NCBI GenBank assembly: GCA_000708835.1
Contig: DF237000.1
Location: forward strand, 4,166-68,165
Length of the DNA: 64,000 bases
Source of the DNA: Klebsormidium nitens
Lineage: Eukaryota > Plantae > Klebsormidiophyceae
Direction: 5' to 3'
Below, piece after piece: positions 23,218-35,455 of the stretch. Each line of letters starts with the position of its first letter. The stretch's first letter is position 1. The position numbers and the translations under genes were made by a program. Under the pieces are notes generated by a model. The model was not told where the DNA came from and searched no databases. It was given only the letters and a program-made list of their open reading frames with translations.

Positions 23218-26200
23218 CTACTTCATTCGACCGTAAGAGTACTGCCTCGAGACACCCAGCTCCACGGATTTATCGGCCTCTTCCACCTGTAGATCTTTCT
23301 GCGAAACTCCTGATTCGCCAGCCTCAAGTTGCGCCAGTGACTCAAGCCCTTCGAAACGTTTCTTGACCAGAGTCCAAAAGTGCGTCACCCCTTCATCCGA
23401 CTCAAACGCCTCCTTCAGAAGCAGGCCCACGTTGACCAAAATCCCGGCGAGAGAAATGGTGATAGACGACATAAACGTGACGTCGTCCACGTAAATCCTG
23501 GTCGCGCGGGAGCTGCCCAGAATGTAAAGCGCCGACTGGAAGACGGACTGGGGCAGCGTCTCGACGGCGATCTGCAATAAGCCGCGCGCCTCCTGGTAAT
23601 AGCGTATGCTCAGAGGCGCGCCCCGCACAGTGAGATGGCCCCCCAGGCGTCCGACCAGCGCCAGCAGATCGAACGCCACCGTTGCGATCACGCCAAACGG
23701 CCATAAGAGGACCGCATAAGCGAAGCGGCCGATGCCCAACGAATCGGCTCTGTCACGTGCCTGGACACTTGCCGGCTCGGGGGGCCATTTGAAGGCGAAA
23801 CCGAGCCCCCCGCTACAGCGAGGACCGCGAGTCCAAGCGATCGAGATCAACAGCCCGGAAATTAAAAAGGGCCCGACAATACAAGGAAGAAGGACCCACA
23901 TAGGCCAAGCACCCCAGACGTCGATCAACACCAGGATATTGAGACCGATGTGAACGGGCATAAAGAACGAAGTGGGAATGGCCGCCAGATCCTTGGAATA
24001 CGTTGCCATCGAAGCCCGGCAACCGGCCCTCTCTTTTGGGGGATTCGGGGTTTGGTTATCTGCCCCGCATGACCTCCATAGGGTTAAGCCGATGACCAAT
24101 ATGAGGAAGAGCATGCCAAACGTCGCCCACGTAACGGCCACCACAAGCTTCGCGTTGGCGTTACGGCACAGGTTGCGCTGCCGCACGTTCGTATACCCCA
24201 CGCCCACGTATGCGGCGCTCTCCGGGCCGAAGTCGAGCTTGTCCAAGAAGTCGGTGTCGTTAAGGTAAACCGGCGCGCCGTTAACCAGGAAATAGTCGCG
24301 ACCCTCGATCTCGAAAACGTTCAAAACCGACTGGAGGGCCGGCAATGCAGTGGAGCGCCTCTCCCGGTTCGAGGGGGTGCTTCTGCCCACTGGGATGTAC
24401 TCGGGGGACTCCCCGGATACGAAGACGGCAATCTTCCCGAGGCAAACCTCCTTCCGAGTCGCCCGGGTTAGCTTTGACCCGGTTCCTGTGAGGTCGAGAA
24501 CGCAGCCGTTGTCCGAAGAGCACGCGGGCCAGAAGCGGATCTGGGAAAGGGCCCCTCCCTCCAGGCGCAAGTACTGGCATCCGGGGGGAACCTTAGAGAG
24601 GTCCGGTTTTTCTGGCTGGCTCGGGTTGTAGCTGAGCCGGGCGTAAGCCAGGTCGGTTAGCGCCCCCAGTTCGCTCGGCAAGAAGCCCTCCAGGCTGTTG
24701 TTGCTCAAGGTCAGGTACTTGAGCTTTTTCAAGCCGGAGAGCTGTGGAGGGACCGGCCCGGTTAGGTGGTTGTTCCCCAAACTAAGCCGGGTTAAGGAAG
24801 TCAGGTTTCCGAGTTTGGGGGGGATGCCACCTGTTAGTCCGTTGTCTTGCAGGAGCAGAACGGAGAGGTTGGGCGAATCGGCGAGGGCGGGGGGGATCGG
24901 ACCGGAGAGGCGGTTCTCGGCGAGGGCTAGGAGGGTTAGGTTAACCAGGCCGCCGAAACCCGCGGGTATGGGCCCCTCCAGGTGGTTGCCTCGGAGCGAC
25001 AGAGTGGTGAGCTTTCCTTGGGAGGCCAGCGTTGGGGGGATCCCCCCCGAAAAGGCGTTATCGTCCAGCGCCAAGAAACGGAGTTCGGGGAGGTTTCCCA
25101 GGCACTCTGGGATCGAGCCGTTGAGGAAGTTGCTCGCGAAGGCCACGGATTGCAGCGCAACCGCCCCGCAAAGCGCGTTCGGCAAGGGGCCGGACAGCTG
25201 GTTCCCCTGAAGAAACAGGTACTGTAGTTGTGCGAGGCCTCCAAGCCCGGGGGGAATCTGGCCCGACAACCGGTTGCCCAAAAGCAACAGCCCTTGGAGG
25301 CTGGTCATGTTCGCAAGCGCCCCGGGAAGAGGCCCCGAGAGCTGGTTGTAACTCGAAAACCAGAAGACGAGGTTTCGCAAGTTGCCCAGTTCCACCGGAA
25401 GTGGGCCCGAGAGCTGGTTCTCCGATAGTTCCAACCACCCGAGGTTGGATAATCCTCCGAGGGCGCGGGGAATGGGGCCCGTCAGATTGTTGGCGTTCAG
25501 TACGAGGAACACCAGAGCCGAAAGGTCGCCCAACTCCTCCGGAATCGGGCCCGTCAGAAAATTGGCCGCGAGCGCGAGGGAGGTGAGGGAGGCGAGGCTG
25601 CCGAGCTCTCGGGGGATCCCTCCGGTCAGAAGGTTATAGCTCAGGTTGATGGCCCTGAGCTTCGGTAAGCGGCCCAGCCCGGGAGGGATCCCCCCGGTCA
25701 GCTCGTTCTCCTGGAGATACAGAAGGACTAGGTCGGGGAAGTTCTCAGGGGGGGGGATGGACCCGGTCAGGCGATTCGTCCCCAGCTCCAAATCCAAGAG
25801 GCGGCTGGGGGATCCCCCAAGGTCCGCCGGTATGGGGCCGCTCAAGTTGTTGTGGGGCGCGACCAGAAAACGCAGGCTGGTCAGCCGGTTGAAGCCCGCC
25901 GGGATCTGCCCGGAGAGGCTGTTGTTCCCGAGAAACAGCCACTGGAGGGTTTTCAGGTTGGACAGCTCCGGGGGGATCCCCCCGGCCAGGTTGTTGCTGC
26001 TCAGGTCCAGCCGTTCGAGCGCCGGAAGGCCGCCCAGAGCGCCCGGGATGGTTCCGCTGAGCGCGTTGGATGAGAGGTTCAGCCGTTGGAGCTGCAACGC
26101 GCCGCCGATCGACACCGGGATGGGACCGTCCAGAAGGTTGCCCGCAAGCGACAGGATGCCAACACGTGGCAGGGCGGCCACGCCAGGAGGGATCCCGCCG

Positions 26201-27045
26201 GTCAGGAGGTTGCTGCTGAGATCGAGGCCGACGAGGCTGGTCAGGTTTCCGAGCCCGGGGGGAATAGGCCCCGCGAACCGGTTGTTCGCGAGCGACAGGC
26301 CTTGGAGCAGCGAGAGCCGGCCTAGTTCCGCCGGAATCGGGCCGGAAAGCTTGTTCCGCTGCAGGAAGAGGCCGGTCAGCCTCGACAGTCGGCCGATCTC
26401 CGCGGGCAAAGCGCCGGTTAACAAATTGCCGGCGAGGTAAAGGAACCGGAGGTTAGGGAGACTTGCGAGTTGGCGGATGACCGGGCCCGAAAGTAGGTTC
26501 TCCCGCAGGTTAAGGTAAACCAATTTGCGCAGGTTATCCAAACCGAGCGGTATGCCCCCCGTCAAAAGGTTGTCCGACATGTCGAGCCCTTCGAGGCTCG
26601 ACCACGCCCCAATGCTGGCGGGGATCTCCCCCTCAATCAGGTTAAGGGAGAGGTTACAGTAAACCAGGTTTCGGAGGCTGCCCAGGTCAGGGAGGGGCAA
26701 GGTGCCGGCCCTGCTTTCGTTTGTGACCGGGTTTTCAAACCCGGTTAGCAGATTGTCGGCCAGAATGAGGGATGTGAGGTTGACCAGATTCCCAAGCGCC
26801 CGGGGAATCTCTCCGGTCAGGTTATTGCCCGACAAGTCGATCCCGGTGAGGAAAGTAAAGTCGCCCAGCTCCGGGGGGATCCCCCCGGTTAACCCCATGT
26901 CAAAGAGGTTAAGCTCTGGCGCGCCCAGGGTTAGGTTAGGCGTCAGCCGGTTGATCTCGTCGATGGTAAGCGCCTGAGCCCGGCCCGCCAGATGAAGGAG
27001 AGCCACCGCGAAACTGAGAGCGTAGAGCAGCTGGGTCGAAGCCAT
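23218..27045 (-). CDS. Intronless LRR cell-surface protein: signal peptide, ~31 plant-specific LRRs, ~160-aa juxtamembrane ectodomain, ~6 hydrophobic helices, no kinase domain
   Basis: Single 1275-aa ORF starting at ATG with a hydrophobic signal peptide (LLYALSFAVALLHLAGRAQA). It has about 31 LxxLxLxxNxLsGxIP 24-aa repeats and several hydrophobic segments in 24147-23430. Confidence 0.9.
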   Translation of the reverse strand: MASTQLLYALSFAVALLHLAGRAQALTIDEINRLTPNLTLGAPELNLFDMGLTGGIPPELGDFTFLTGIDLSGNNLTGEIPRALGNLVNLTSLILADNLLTGFENPVTNESRAGTLPLPDLGSLRNLVYCNLSLNLIEGEIPASIGAWSSLEGLDMSDNLLTGGIPLGLDNLRKLVYLNLRENLLSGPVIRQLASLPNLRFLYLAGNLLTGALPAEIGRLSRLTGLFLQRNKLSGPIPAELGRLSLLQGLSLANNRFAGPIPPGLGNLTSLVGLDLSSNLLTGGIPPGVAALPRVGILSLAGNLLDGPIPVSIGGALQLQRLNLSSNALSGTIPGALGGLPALERLDLSSNNLAGGIPPELSNLKTLQWLFLGNNSLSGQIPAGFNRLTSLRFLVAPHNNLSGPIPADLGGSPSRLLDLELGTNRLTGSIPPPENFPDLVLLYLQENELTGGIPPGLGRLPKLRAINLSYNLLTGGIPRELGSLASLTSLALAANFLTGPIPEELGDLSALVFLVLNANNLTGPIPRALGGLSNLGWLELSENQLSGPLPVELGNLRNLVFWFSSYNQLSGPLPGALANMTSLQGLLLLGNRLSGQIPPGLGGLAQLQYLFLQGNQLSGPLPNALCGAVALQSVAFASNFLNGSIPECLGNLPELRFLALDDNAFSGGIPPTLASQGKLTTLSLRGNHLEGPIPAGFGGLVNLTLLALAENRLSGPIPPALADSPNLSVLLLQDNGLTGGIPPKLGNLTSLTRLSLGNNHLTGPVPPQLSGLKKLKYLTLSNNSLEGFLPSELGALTDLAYARLSYNPSQPEKPDLSKVPPGCQYLRLEGGALSQIRFWPACSSDNGCVLDLTGTGSKLTRATRKEVCLGKIAVFVSGESPEYIPVGRSTPSNRERRSTALPALQSVLNVFEIEGRDYFLVNGAPVYLNDTDFLDKLDFGPESAAYVGVGYTNVRQRNLCRNANAKLVVAVTWATFGMLFLILVIGLTLWRSCGADNQTPNPPKERAGCRASMATYSKDLAAIPTSFFMPVHIGLNILVLIDVWGAWPMWVLLPCIVGPFLISGLLISIAWTRGPRCSGGLGFAFKWPPEPASVQARDRADSLGIGRFAYAVLLWPFGVIATVAFDLLALVGRLGGHLTVRGAPLSIRYYQEARGLLQIAVETLPQSVFQSALYILGSSRATRIYVDDVTFMSSITISLAGILVNVGLLLKEAFESDEGVTHFWTLVKKRFEGLESLAQLEAGESGVSQKDLQVEEADKSVELGVSRQYSYGRMK

Positions 27046-30000
27046 GCTGATCGGTGCTCAGTCGCCTGGAAAAAGAAGACGCAAGGTGACCGTCAGCCAC
27101 TCGAGCGATGAGTTGGATTTTGAGATGCGGACGTTGCAAAGGTAAGAAGTGCAGTAGATATCGTTCCCTTCTCTCCGGTCCCTTTGTGAAGGATATAAAG
27201 ATTGAAGATCTGGTCGGTAAAAGCTCTCGAAAGGGATTCCGAGGAAAGGGAGTACAAGACCTTTGGTGGGAGCCGCTTCGAAAGTTAGCTACTCTGCCCC
27301 AGGAAAAACTTCAGGATCGGACTATCGCCATTGGTTGTGCAACCAGGGCGAGCTGTCGAGACGACAACTCGCATCGTCAAAGATAGACCTCTGCAGACTT
27401 CGAGAGACCCAATTCCGATTACGACCTAAATCCTGAAAATGCACTCAAGTAATGTACAATAAAGCAGTCAAGAAGATGTACAAAGTCGAATATTCCGACT
27501 TGTTAGCAGATGCGAGCACCTAGGAAGCTTCCAATCGTCTGACGAAGGCCGAGGAATGACGAAAGGAAGGAATCCTAAATTAAAGTCAGTGTCAACTTCG
27601 TTTGACGTGATGGTTTCAAAGGTCGTCTTTGAGTGGCAGGACGATGGTTGTCGAAGCGTGCAGCGTCGCACCATTGATAAGCAGATACAAAGAGAATCAG
27701 AAGAAAGCAGAGCCAATTGCTCAAAAACGGAAGAGAGGGGCTCTGAAAAGAGAACGCAGCGCCAAAAAGTCCAGGGCCTCTCTTAGATCTGATCAGAGCC
27801 GGGTTTTCGAACTGCCAACTCGTTTTGCATGGCCTTACATCTTTCTTTCATCAAGTGACAAGAATGCAAGGAAGTTTCTTGACGTAACCCTGAACAATTT
27901 GTGTCTCTGACAGCAAACAACCAACAAATCCGCCCACATACGTTGGAGTCTCGAAGTTCAGTATGCGGCGGCGCTCAACCTAAGAACAATGTGCCAAGAC
28001 TTTTCTTTCTAGGACTAGCGTCAAGAAGATAACCGGATAACACGGTCCAAACCGGGAGCAATTCTGAGCAAAGCCTTTTAGACCCGAGTTTCCTTCCAAA
28101 CCAAGCCTCTAGAAATAGTCGAGGACACAATCTTAACATTATCCTGTCTTGCCTTAGCGTCCCACTTTTCAATTTGACTGCAGAAAATGCAACTCTGAAT
28201 TGCAAAAAGCTCAAGAGGCAAAACCAATAGATGACAGGATGGAATTGGAGATGTCCTTTGACCAACCATCATGGTAGAGCATGTGGCAAAAGCGTATGAC
28301 AAGAACAGCCAAGTAGCATGACTAACAGAACATACCTGTTTTTGATATATATCAGCACTAAGCTCGCTCCATAGAAATGTGTTCCCTGCCTTTGCAATAT
28401 TGCCCGTCAAACAGAGGCTGGTATAGACACTGGGCTTCACCAATTTAAGATTGTTGCAGAGTACCTGCAAAGACAAAGTCATAAAAATGGTCTTAGCCCC
28501 ATGTATTGATTATCTGGTTGCTGGTGTCTGTTTGAGTCAAAAGACGCCTGTCTTGAAAGCTCAGGCTCAGGTGGACCTTTTCACACCAACCTTTGAAAGG
28601 ACTGACGTTCGCCTCCCAAAGCAGAAGGCAGTTAGAGCCTCTGGATACGCTGCACGCTAATGAGCAGAGCAGCACCAGGTTTGGATGTGCTCAATTCAGA
28701 AACATCAGTCCCAGTAAAGCATAACAACAACGCCCTTACAGTTTTGATGGCTTATCAGAACAACGGTTTGCCGCATGCAATGTACGCTTGTATGGTTATA
28801 TGAGCTTGTTTTAAATGCATCAGTTGCATTACATCTCTCCGACTCAAAACAAACCTCAGGCCTTACATTCCAGCAGTTTGACATCAGCATCTTACAATCG
28901 TGACTGGAGCTAGAGTCTAATAGGACGGATTCACCAAAGCTGGCAAGCTAGCTATACGAACCAGCTGGGGATTACCTCCACTCGCTCACCTTGTGTAGCA
29001 CACAGGGTATGCACGCCGCCTCCAGAAAACCATCGTCATGAAGGCTGTCGCTGCATTGGGTGCTGTTTCTTCCCTGAGTGTATGATCTCAGCCGCCCTAG
29101 CTAGATGAAAATCCTGAATATTTGCACATTGAAGCACAACCTAGAGATTGCAGTGAAGCAATCAGTTCTGCCTCTCAATCGACTCTACACTAGGACAATG
29201 CCTAGGCCAATGCAATGAGTGGCTGGGGTTGAATAGCTGCTGCTCCTCACCGCCGCCCCTGCTTAAAAACAGTCCCATCATTGACAGTCCCATCCTGACA
29301 TGCGGCAAACCACCCTACTGCATGGTATTACCTATCATGACATCAGTACTACCTTCCTGCCATGTACCTTAAATAGTATGTCCGGCAAGCCGCTAGAGTA
29401 CATATGTAGGTATGCAGCATTGAAGATTGAAGAGCCGAAGTACGGACAGGGGGAGTTCTCTGCAAATATGACAACATGGATCGTGACGGGGCGCCCGGGG
29501 GAGTTCTCAGAAGTCAGGCGGCGGCTGCCGGCCGCGACGTCGGCGCTGACGCGGCCGCGCCTCCAGCAGCGCCGCGGCGCGGATAGCGGCCGCGGCGTGT
29601 TACCAGGCTTTTATCCTTTCATAGTTTATGAATTTAGGCTGCGCGGCATGGCCACCGTGACGCATGATGCATGAAGCACGCCGTGTAAACGTCGCTTGAA
29701 GCCATGGCGGCTGAGCCGCCCCGACCCCGCCCAACACGTCAATATTATCGATCGCATCATGTAGTTACATATACCATCCAACAACGGTCCACACAACTAT
29801 TGACTTCGTCAATGAGGCTCATGTGATCGACGTCTGATCAGCTCCATGGAACCCTTTTCACCAGGCTTGAGTGTGCTATGGTATAGACGTAGGACATGCG
29901 ACTGGATGATGCTACGTCGTCTATCTCAGAAACGGGCGCGGGCTGAGTTTTCGGAAATAGTAAGATATTTTTGTTCCCTTTTGAAAATAAGCAGGTTATA

Positions 30001-30851
30001 GTGGAGAGAATTTTGCCCATCCACGTCAATCGAACTCGAGCGAACATACTCACGAACTTGGAAATTTTGGAAGCTGAGTATCAGATGAAAGTGAGCCATC
30101 GATGCACCACTTGGCCGGCGGCCGGGGCCAATTTTATGACTGATTTGGAGAGTTGAGATGATGTTCGAGAGTGCGGCCGCACCCGCGCCCGTTCGCCCGC
30201 ATACCTTGCGGTCTTCCCACCATCCGCCAGAAACTCTCGACATCTTTTAGCTCGAATTGTGGCCGCCTCGGAAGCTCAGAGCATGTTTTCCCGGACCCAA
30301 GAGCCTACCGTTGTCCACGTGATTGTGCATTAGAAAGCGGGATTATCTGTTGATGATCATGATGATAGGGGTTGAAATACTATTGTCGGAGGCGTTTCTT
30401 GTGGGCACAAAGTTTGGCTTAGAGTGGTGAACGCACAAAATGCATTTGAGCAGAAACGCTCCGTGATATACGCAATTGGATCGTATGCTTTTCGCAGTGA
30501 TCGAAGTGGTACCGCCTTCTTGCAGCCTCAGGAAAGGATCATGTGTGTCGGACTCGAGTCCAAACCTTGGACTTCGGATGCCATACCACATCCAACCAGA
30601 TTTCCGGTGTTCACGCGCTGGATATCATTACACGACGGAACTCTCGAAACTGTTCCTGGCGCACAACAAAGAAAGTTCTCCCGGTGGGGGAGTAAGACCA
30701 CCCCGCTGAACGACTACACCTACATCGCATACAGGTCCATTGGAATTGCATACAAGCATAAGCACCGTATCACGAATGGTCAAAAATATACATCATGTAA
30801 CGGGTCTAGGAACTAAAAGGCTGCTGAATTTAATTAGTGGTCTTGACTGAG

Positions 30852-33549
30852 TTATGCCGCCGGGGACTTCGCAGACGTGTGCTTCATGGACTGCGTTTGC
30901 CCCTGCTTCTTTGCGTGCTGGCCGGCCCCGGTCATCGCGTGATAGTGCGCCGCGTACTCCATAATCTCGTTGGTCCGCCGGGGGTAGCTGAACATCATGT
31001 TCCGCTCCAGCTGCCAGCGGAATGCGGAATGGTCAGGGAGGTGAACGCGTCATCCTGTGCTTCTGGCTTTTGTGAAAGGAGGGTCGATGCAATTCAGTAC
31101 CTGTTCCTGATCCCAATTGAGAAGCACTTGAAGCGAGGTTTCTTGATAGTTTACGCTGCAGACTCTTGCAGAAAGGGCATTAATCAAGCTGCGGTTTTCG
31201 AAGTTGGTCGCCAGCAGTCCACATAAGAGATTCGGACCAAACTATGTGAAGTATGATTGAACCTGAGCGGCTGAAATGTAGCTCGCGGCAAAGGTGACAG
31301 CCGATCATCGGATGCAAACGTTGGAGTGACCGAAGGGGAGCATAAGTCAAGGTCAGACTCTCCCTACTCGAGGGAGAGCATACAGAGAACCCTTTTGACC
31401 ACAACTGCTCTGCGGCGGATCTCCCTTACGAATCTCGTGATTATTATTCTTGGGCGGATACTTCGAAGAAGGTCTTGGTTCAAAAAGTGGAAATGCAGCC
31501 CGCCATGCAAAGAGCTCTCTTGCGCAGTAGATTCTCGTTACCGCCAGGGCGTCAACGGCGAGATGTCATTCAGCGGAAGGTGAATCTAAAAGAGCTTTGC
31601 TGGATCTACCTGAGCTTGTTGTACCATCAATGCGTTAACAAGGGAAGAGAACGAGAATGATAGAAGAGACGGCAGTTCAGCCATCGGACGAGTCATTTCG
31701 TGCCGCAAACCGCAAATTACTAATAGTAGCAACTTCGCAGCAGGTTCCCGATCATACCGCCAACACAACGTCACCTCAAAGAAACACTGAACCAATCACA
31801 GAAACGTCTACCAGAGTCGATTCTGATGAGGACTTCGAGCTCAGACAGGCGGTTTCAGAGTGCTTTGGAAAGAAACACCCCATCAGATAAGACGTAGCGC
31901 TGAGAACAACAGCTCCCGCGCGCCTCACCAGCGGCTTAGTGACCCAGCCGTACTCCTGTGCGGACGTCTGCGGCAGCTCGTACTTTTCGGACGGCAGCAG
32001 GTGGTCGTCCTTGAGCGTACACATGGAGGCCAGCCGGCTCGTCGCGTTCTCAAAGTCCTCCGCCGTTACTGAGCGGAAGAACGGAACCGGAACGAATGTC
32101 AGTGTCTGACACCTACTTGAGAGCCGAGAGAATGTTGTTGGAGAAAGGGACCCAAGATACGCTACTACCTGCAGAAGCGACTGATTCGAAAAGCAGACGA
32201 CCGTAGGGAGCTTACTTGATGAACGACCTGACGACCATGGAGCGTGCAGACCTCTACTCGTTATTGTCTTCGTGTGTTCAAATAAGCCGAATCCTCTCAG
32301 AAACAATCTGAGCTTCAAAATTGCTACGACATTGGCCGAAAGACAAGCATATTAGAAAGAAGGCAAACCCGCTTCTCTCCTCGAAGCCTGGAGATACGTG
32401 CGAGACTTGTAAAGGCTGATTGGAGACTGGTTGTGAATATCATCTAGACGAACGCGAGACGAAGACAAGTAGAAGACGGAAAGCTCCGGCTGTCAGACGA
32501 GATGCACCCTCTTTCCAGTTTAGCGGGTTTCCGAACTTCCCATCACGCTGGGATCTCTCTGTTTCATTGAAGGAGCAAAGAGAGAAGCGTTCAAGAGATC
32601 AGTTTTAACGAAGCAATGGTAGAGAGGAAAAGCTTTATGGTAGTAGAGACCGACCGCTTAGAAAGGATCATGTAATCTCAAATTGGAAAAAAGGGAGAAT
32701 GGAAGAGCGAAAGTCAACGAAGAAGGTCTCAGGAACGGGGAACTCACTTTTGATGTGGGGATTCACCCGGTTGGGCTTGTCTGTTAGCGTCTCAACTGCA
32801 AGAACGAGGAAAAAAATTGGTCTTAAGATTTCCCAGCTAGGGCTTCCGTTTGTTAACCTCCAACTTGCTTCTGACACCGATACGAATGGGCTCATACTGA
32901 GCCCTTTCGTCACAGGAGGCAAGCTTTGGAGTAGGTCGTAGCTAAAAGCCCCGTTGACTCATTATCCGCTCTCTGAATAGTTGCTTCCCTTTCCAGGGCT
33001 CCGCGTTGACTCAATCACTCATTCCTTAATCATGCAGTGACGAGTACTTCTGTTGCTCCTTTTTCGAGGCACTGCTCCAGAATTGCATGCTCACAAAAGC
33101 TCGAGCTGCTTGAAGTCACACGACTTCAAGGATCTCACTTAGTCTAGGGTCTGGGAGATGATAGTCGGCCACAACGGTGGGCCTCTTCAGCTCCTTCTTG
33201 AGGTGCTCCCTCCATGTGGCGTTACGAGACACCTCATCGATCTGGGAGATAATCAAGCAGAAAGTTTTCAGCAGTTATCTCACTGTCTTCGGCTTGCCTG
33301 ATTCAGCACTTCGATGAATGGGAGGCAAACGTGTTTCCCAGACTCTTGCACGCAACATTTTCAAAGAAAACCACTTTTTGCTCTTTTTGGCAACCGACAT
33401 AGCTCAATCGGCGGGCAGCTTCGAGTGAGACACCGAAATCAATGCCCAGCGGACTATGCCCCTGCAAAAGCTCATAGGACATTGCGGTAACTTCAGCTTA
33501 CCTTATCTGCATTGGTTGTTCTGCTCGCATTATCAGCATGGGGCGCCAT
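30852..33549 (-). CDS. CFAP144: FAM183/CFAP144-family ciliary protein (~182 aa)
   Basis: Exons (minus) 33549-33502, 33241-33139, 32795-32748, 32558-32508, 32068-31929, 31010-30852, phase-consistent. Motifs: DEVSRNATWREHLKKE, ETLTDKP, PSEKYELPQTSAQEYGW, FSYPRRTNEIMEYAAHY. Confidence 0.8.
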
Positions 33550-35455
33550 GTCCCAATCACGCTCTCCGAAGATTCAGTCTCTGCTGGAAATTCAAACCTT
33601 CAGAGGTTGGTTGGCTGTAATTTGCTGTATATGATTGCAGCCACTCGTTTTGCCACTCACTTTGCTCCAATATAATCAATTTCCAACTTCGCAAGTGATC
33701 AACATGCCACTGCCCCCCTGTCGCATTCACAGCAGGGACCCTGCACAGTTCTACCACCTTCTTTTCAAAACGGTGCAATGCCAGCATCACAGTGTTTGAT
33801 GCGGCGCCAATCCTTGCAGCACTGCATGCAACGTCCTCTATGGCCTCTCTATGGCTTGATCTGACTTGTCCAGATTGCATGCAATACCACTTCCATGAAA
33901 GGGCCTTCCCACTGCGATTGGCAATGCTGGGATACATCGTCACAGTAATCTTTAATACTTGTAGCATAGCGTGAGACTCCAAACTAAAGGAAGTGCGGAC
34001 TTGGCACATCAAATTTAGGGTTTGGTAGTACTGGGGATGGGCGCGCCCCAGTCAACCGGCCGGCCGTCATCGAAGTCAACCTAGGACCGTTTTGTCCGCG
34101 GGCCAATTTTGTTTCGACGCCTTAAAATTTGGAGCGTAACATACCTGCGCGCTGCATTGCAGCGTTTTAACTTAGAGAAGTTTTAAAAACATACGTTATC
34201 GGACTCTGGCTGCGGCTAGGTAAGCTTCTGTTGCCGTGTTGGACATCCAATCAAACTTCAAAGCTATTGGCATTGCATGCGAAGTTGGAGCACTTTCAAG
34301 AGCCCTTTGCAACAGCGGTTCTTCTGCGCCTACATAAGTTCCCTGAGTTCCGAGGGTTTGAGGACGTTTGACATGTAGTACAGCTAGGTGAAGGAACGCT
34401 TGTATTGCAATCCTTGCATGAAAATCTTGGACTCGGACGCTCTAAGCAGCAAACCGTCTACGTCGTGTTCTGTTGAGTTGAAGAGCGTCAAGGGCTTCAC
34501 CAGATCCTGACTGTAGATCGCAGCATTGGGCTAACGGGATCCCTCCAAATTCTAACGGTGAACCCAGGCAGGCTGAAAGGGCCACATGCAATCTTGATCT
34601 GTGAGGGGATAACCAGCGCATCAAGCAGGCAAGGTTGTAGCAGTGCCAAGCATCTCCAAGTGCTGTCCAAACAGCATTGCAGACTCAATCAGGGAGTAAG
34701 CCTGGCTTCATAGCAGAATGGGCTACCCGATTGAGATACACTTTGGCCGCAACCTAGATCAGCCAGAGGTTAAGGCGAGCCCTCTTCCCCCTGCAGAGAG
34801 GGCTGTTGCGCGGCCCCGCGCTTTTTCTCACTCGCGCTTCTTGGCGGAGTTGACTGCAGACAGCGCGCTCCCTTCTGTGCTCAACAATAGCAATTTCCAA
34901 CATCTTGACATCTCCCCCCTGTTGATGTTCCTCTCGTCAAGGGAACTGGAGAGGGTGAGAGCGGGGAGGAGGGCGAATCTCTCCGCTGCCATTCAAGCAG
35001 CACCGTTGATAAGACCAGAGGGTGGAGAGGGAGAGCGAACCCTCAGCAGTTAGGCGGCGTTGTATATGGTCAGAGTTGCTGGGTGATAGTACTAGGGTTC
35101 GTAGATTCTGCGCAGGTTGCTGGTTGAAAGCCAGATCAGGATTGAGTCCAGGGCCTCCAAAAGGCGGGTTGCTCGCATTGCTGAGGTATTGTAACAGGTT
35201 CATACATGCAGATTGAGTTTCACATAGCTTGATTGAACTAAGGTCTAGACAGGACGCTGTCTCAAACAGGTACTAGTCAAACTATTTGCGTCCGTCGCGA
35301 CTGCGTTTGGTTTGGTCTAGTAGGAGGACAGGGTTTAAGCAGTATTCAGCTGAGCTATAGGAGAAGCTGCAGAGAAGCAGCAAGGGCCAGACTAGCTATA
35401 CTTCGAGCACAGTATCACTTATATTGGTTACAAACTTGAATAGATTGAGAACAGG

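Noticed and set aside
24268-26977. Many plus-strand ORFs overlapping the LRR gene
   Set aside because: Antisense shadows of GC-rich LRR codons.
27900-29300. Fragmented ORFs possibly from a decayed transposon
   Set aside because: No recognisable transposase, RT or integrase motif in any frame I examined.
33557-34012. 151-aa minus ORF upstream of CFAP144
   Set aside because: It has a non-ATG start, no family motif and no clear splice linkage, so it cannot be supported as a gene.
34013-34060. Single TTTAGGG/telo-box plus a small ctgggg..ccccag hairpin (Helitron-end-like)
   Set aside because: A single short motif. The terminus is CTAC rather than CTRR, and no matching 5' end was found.
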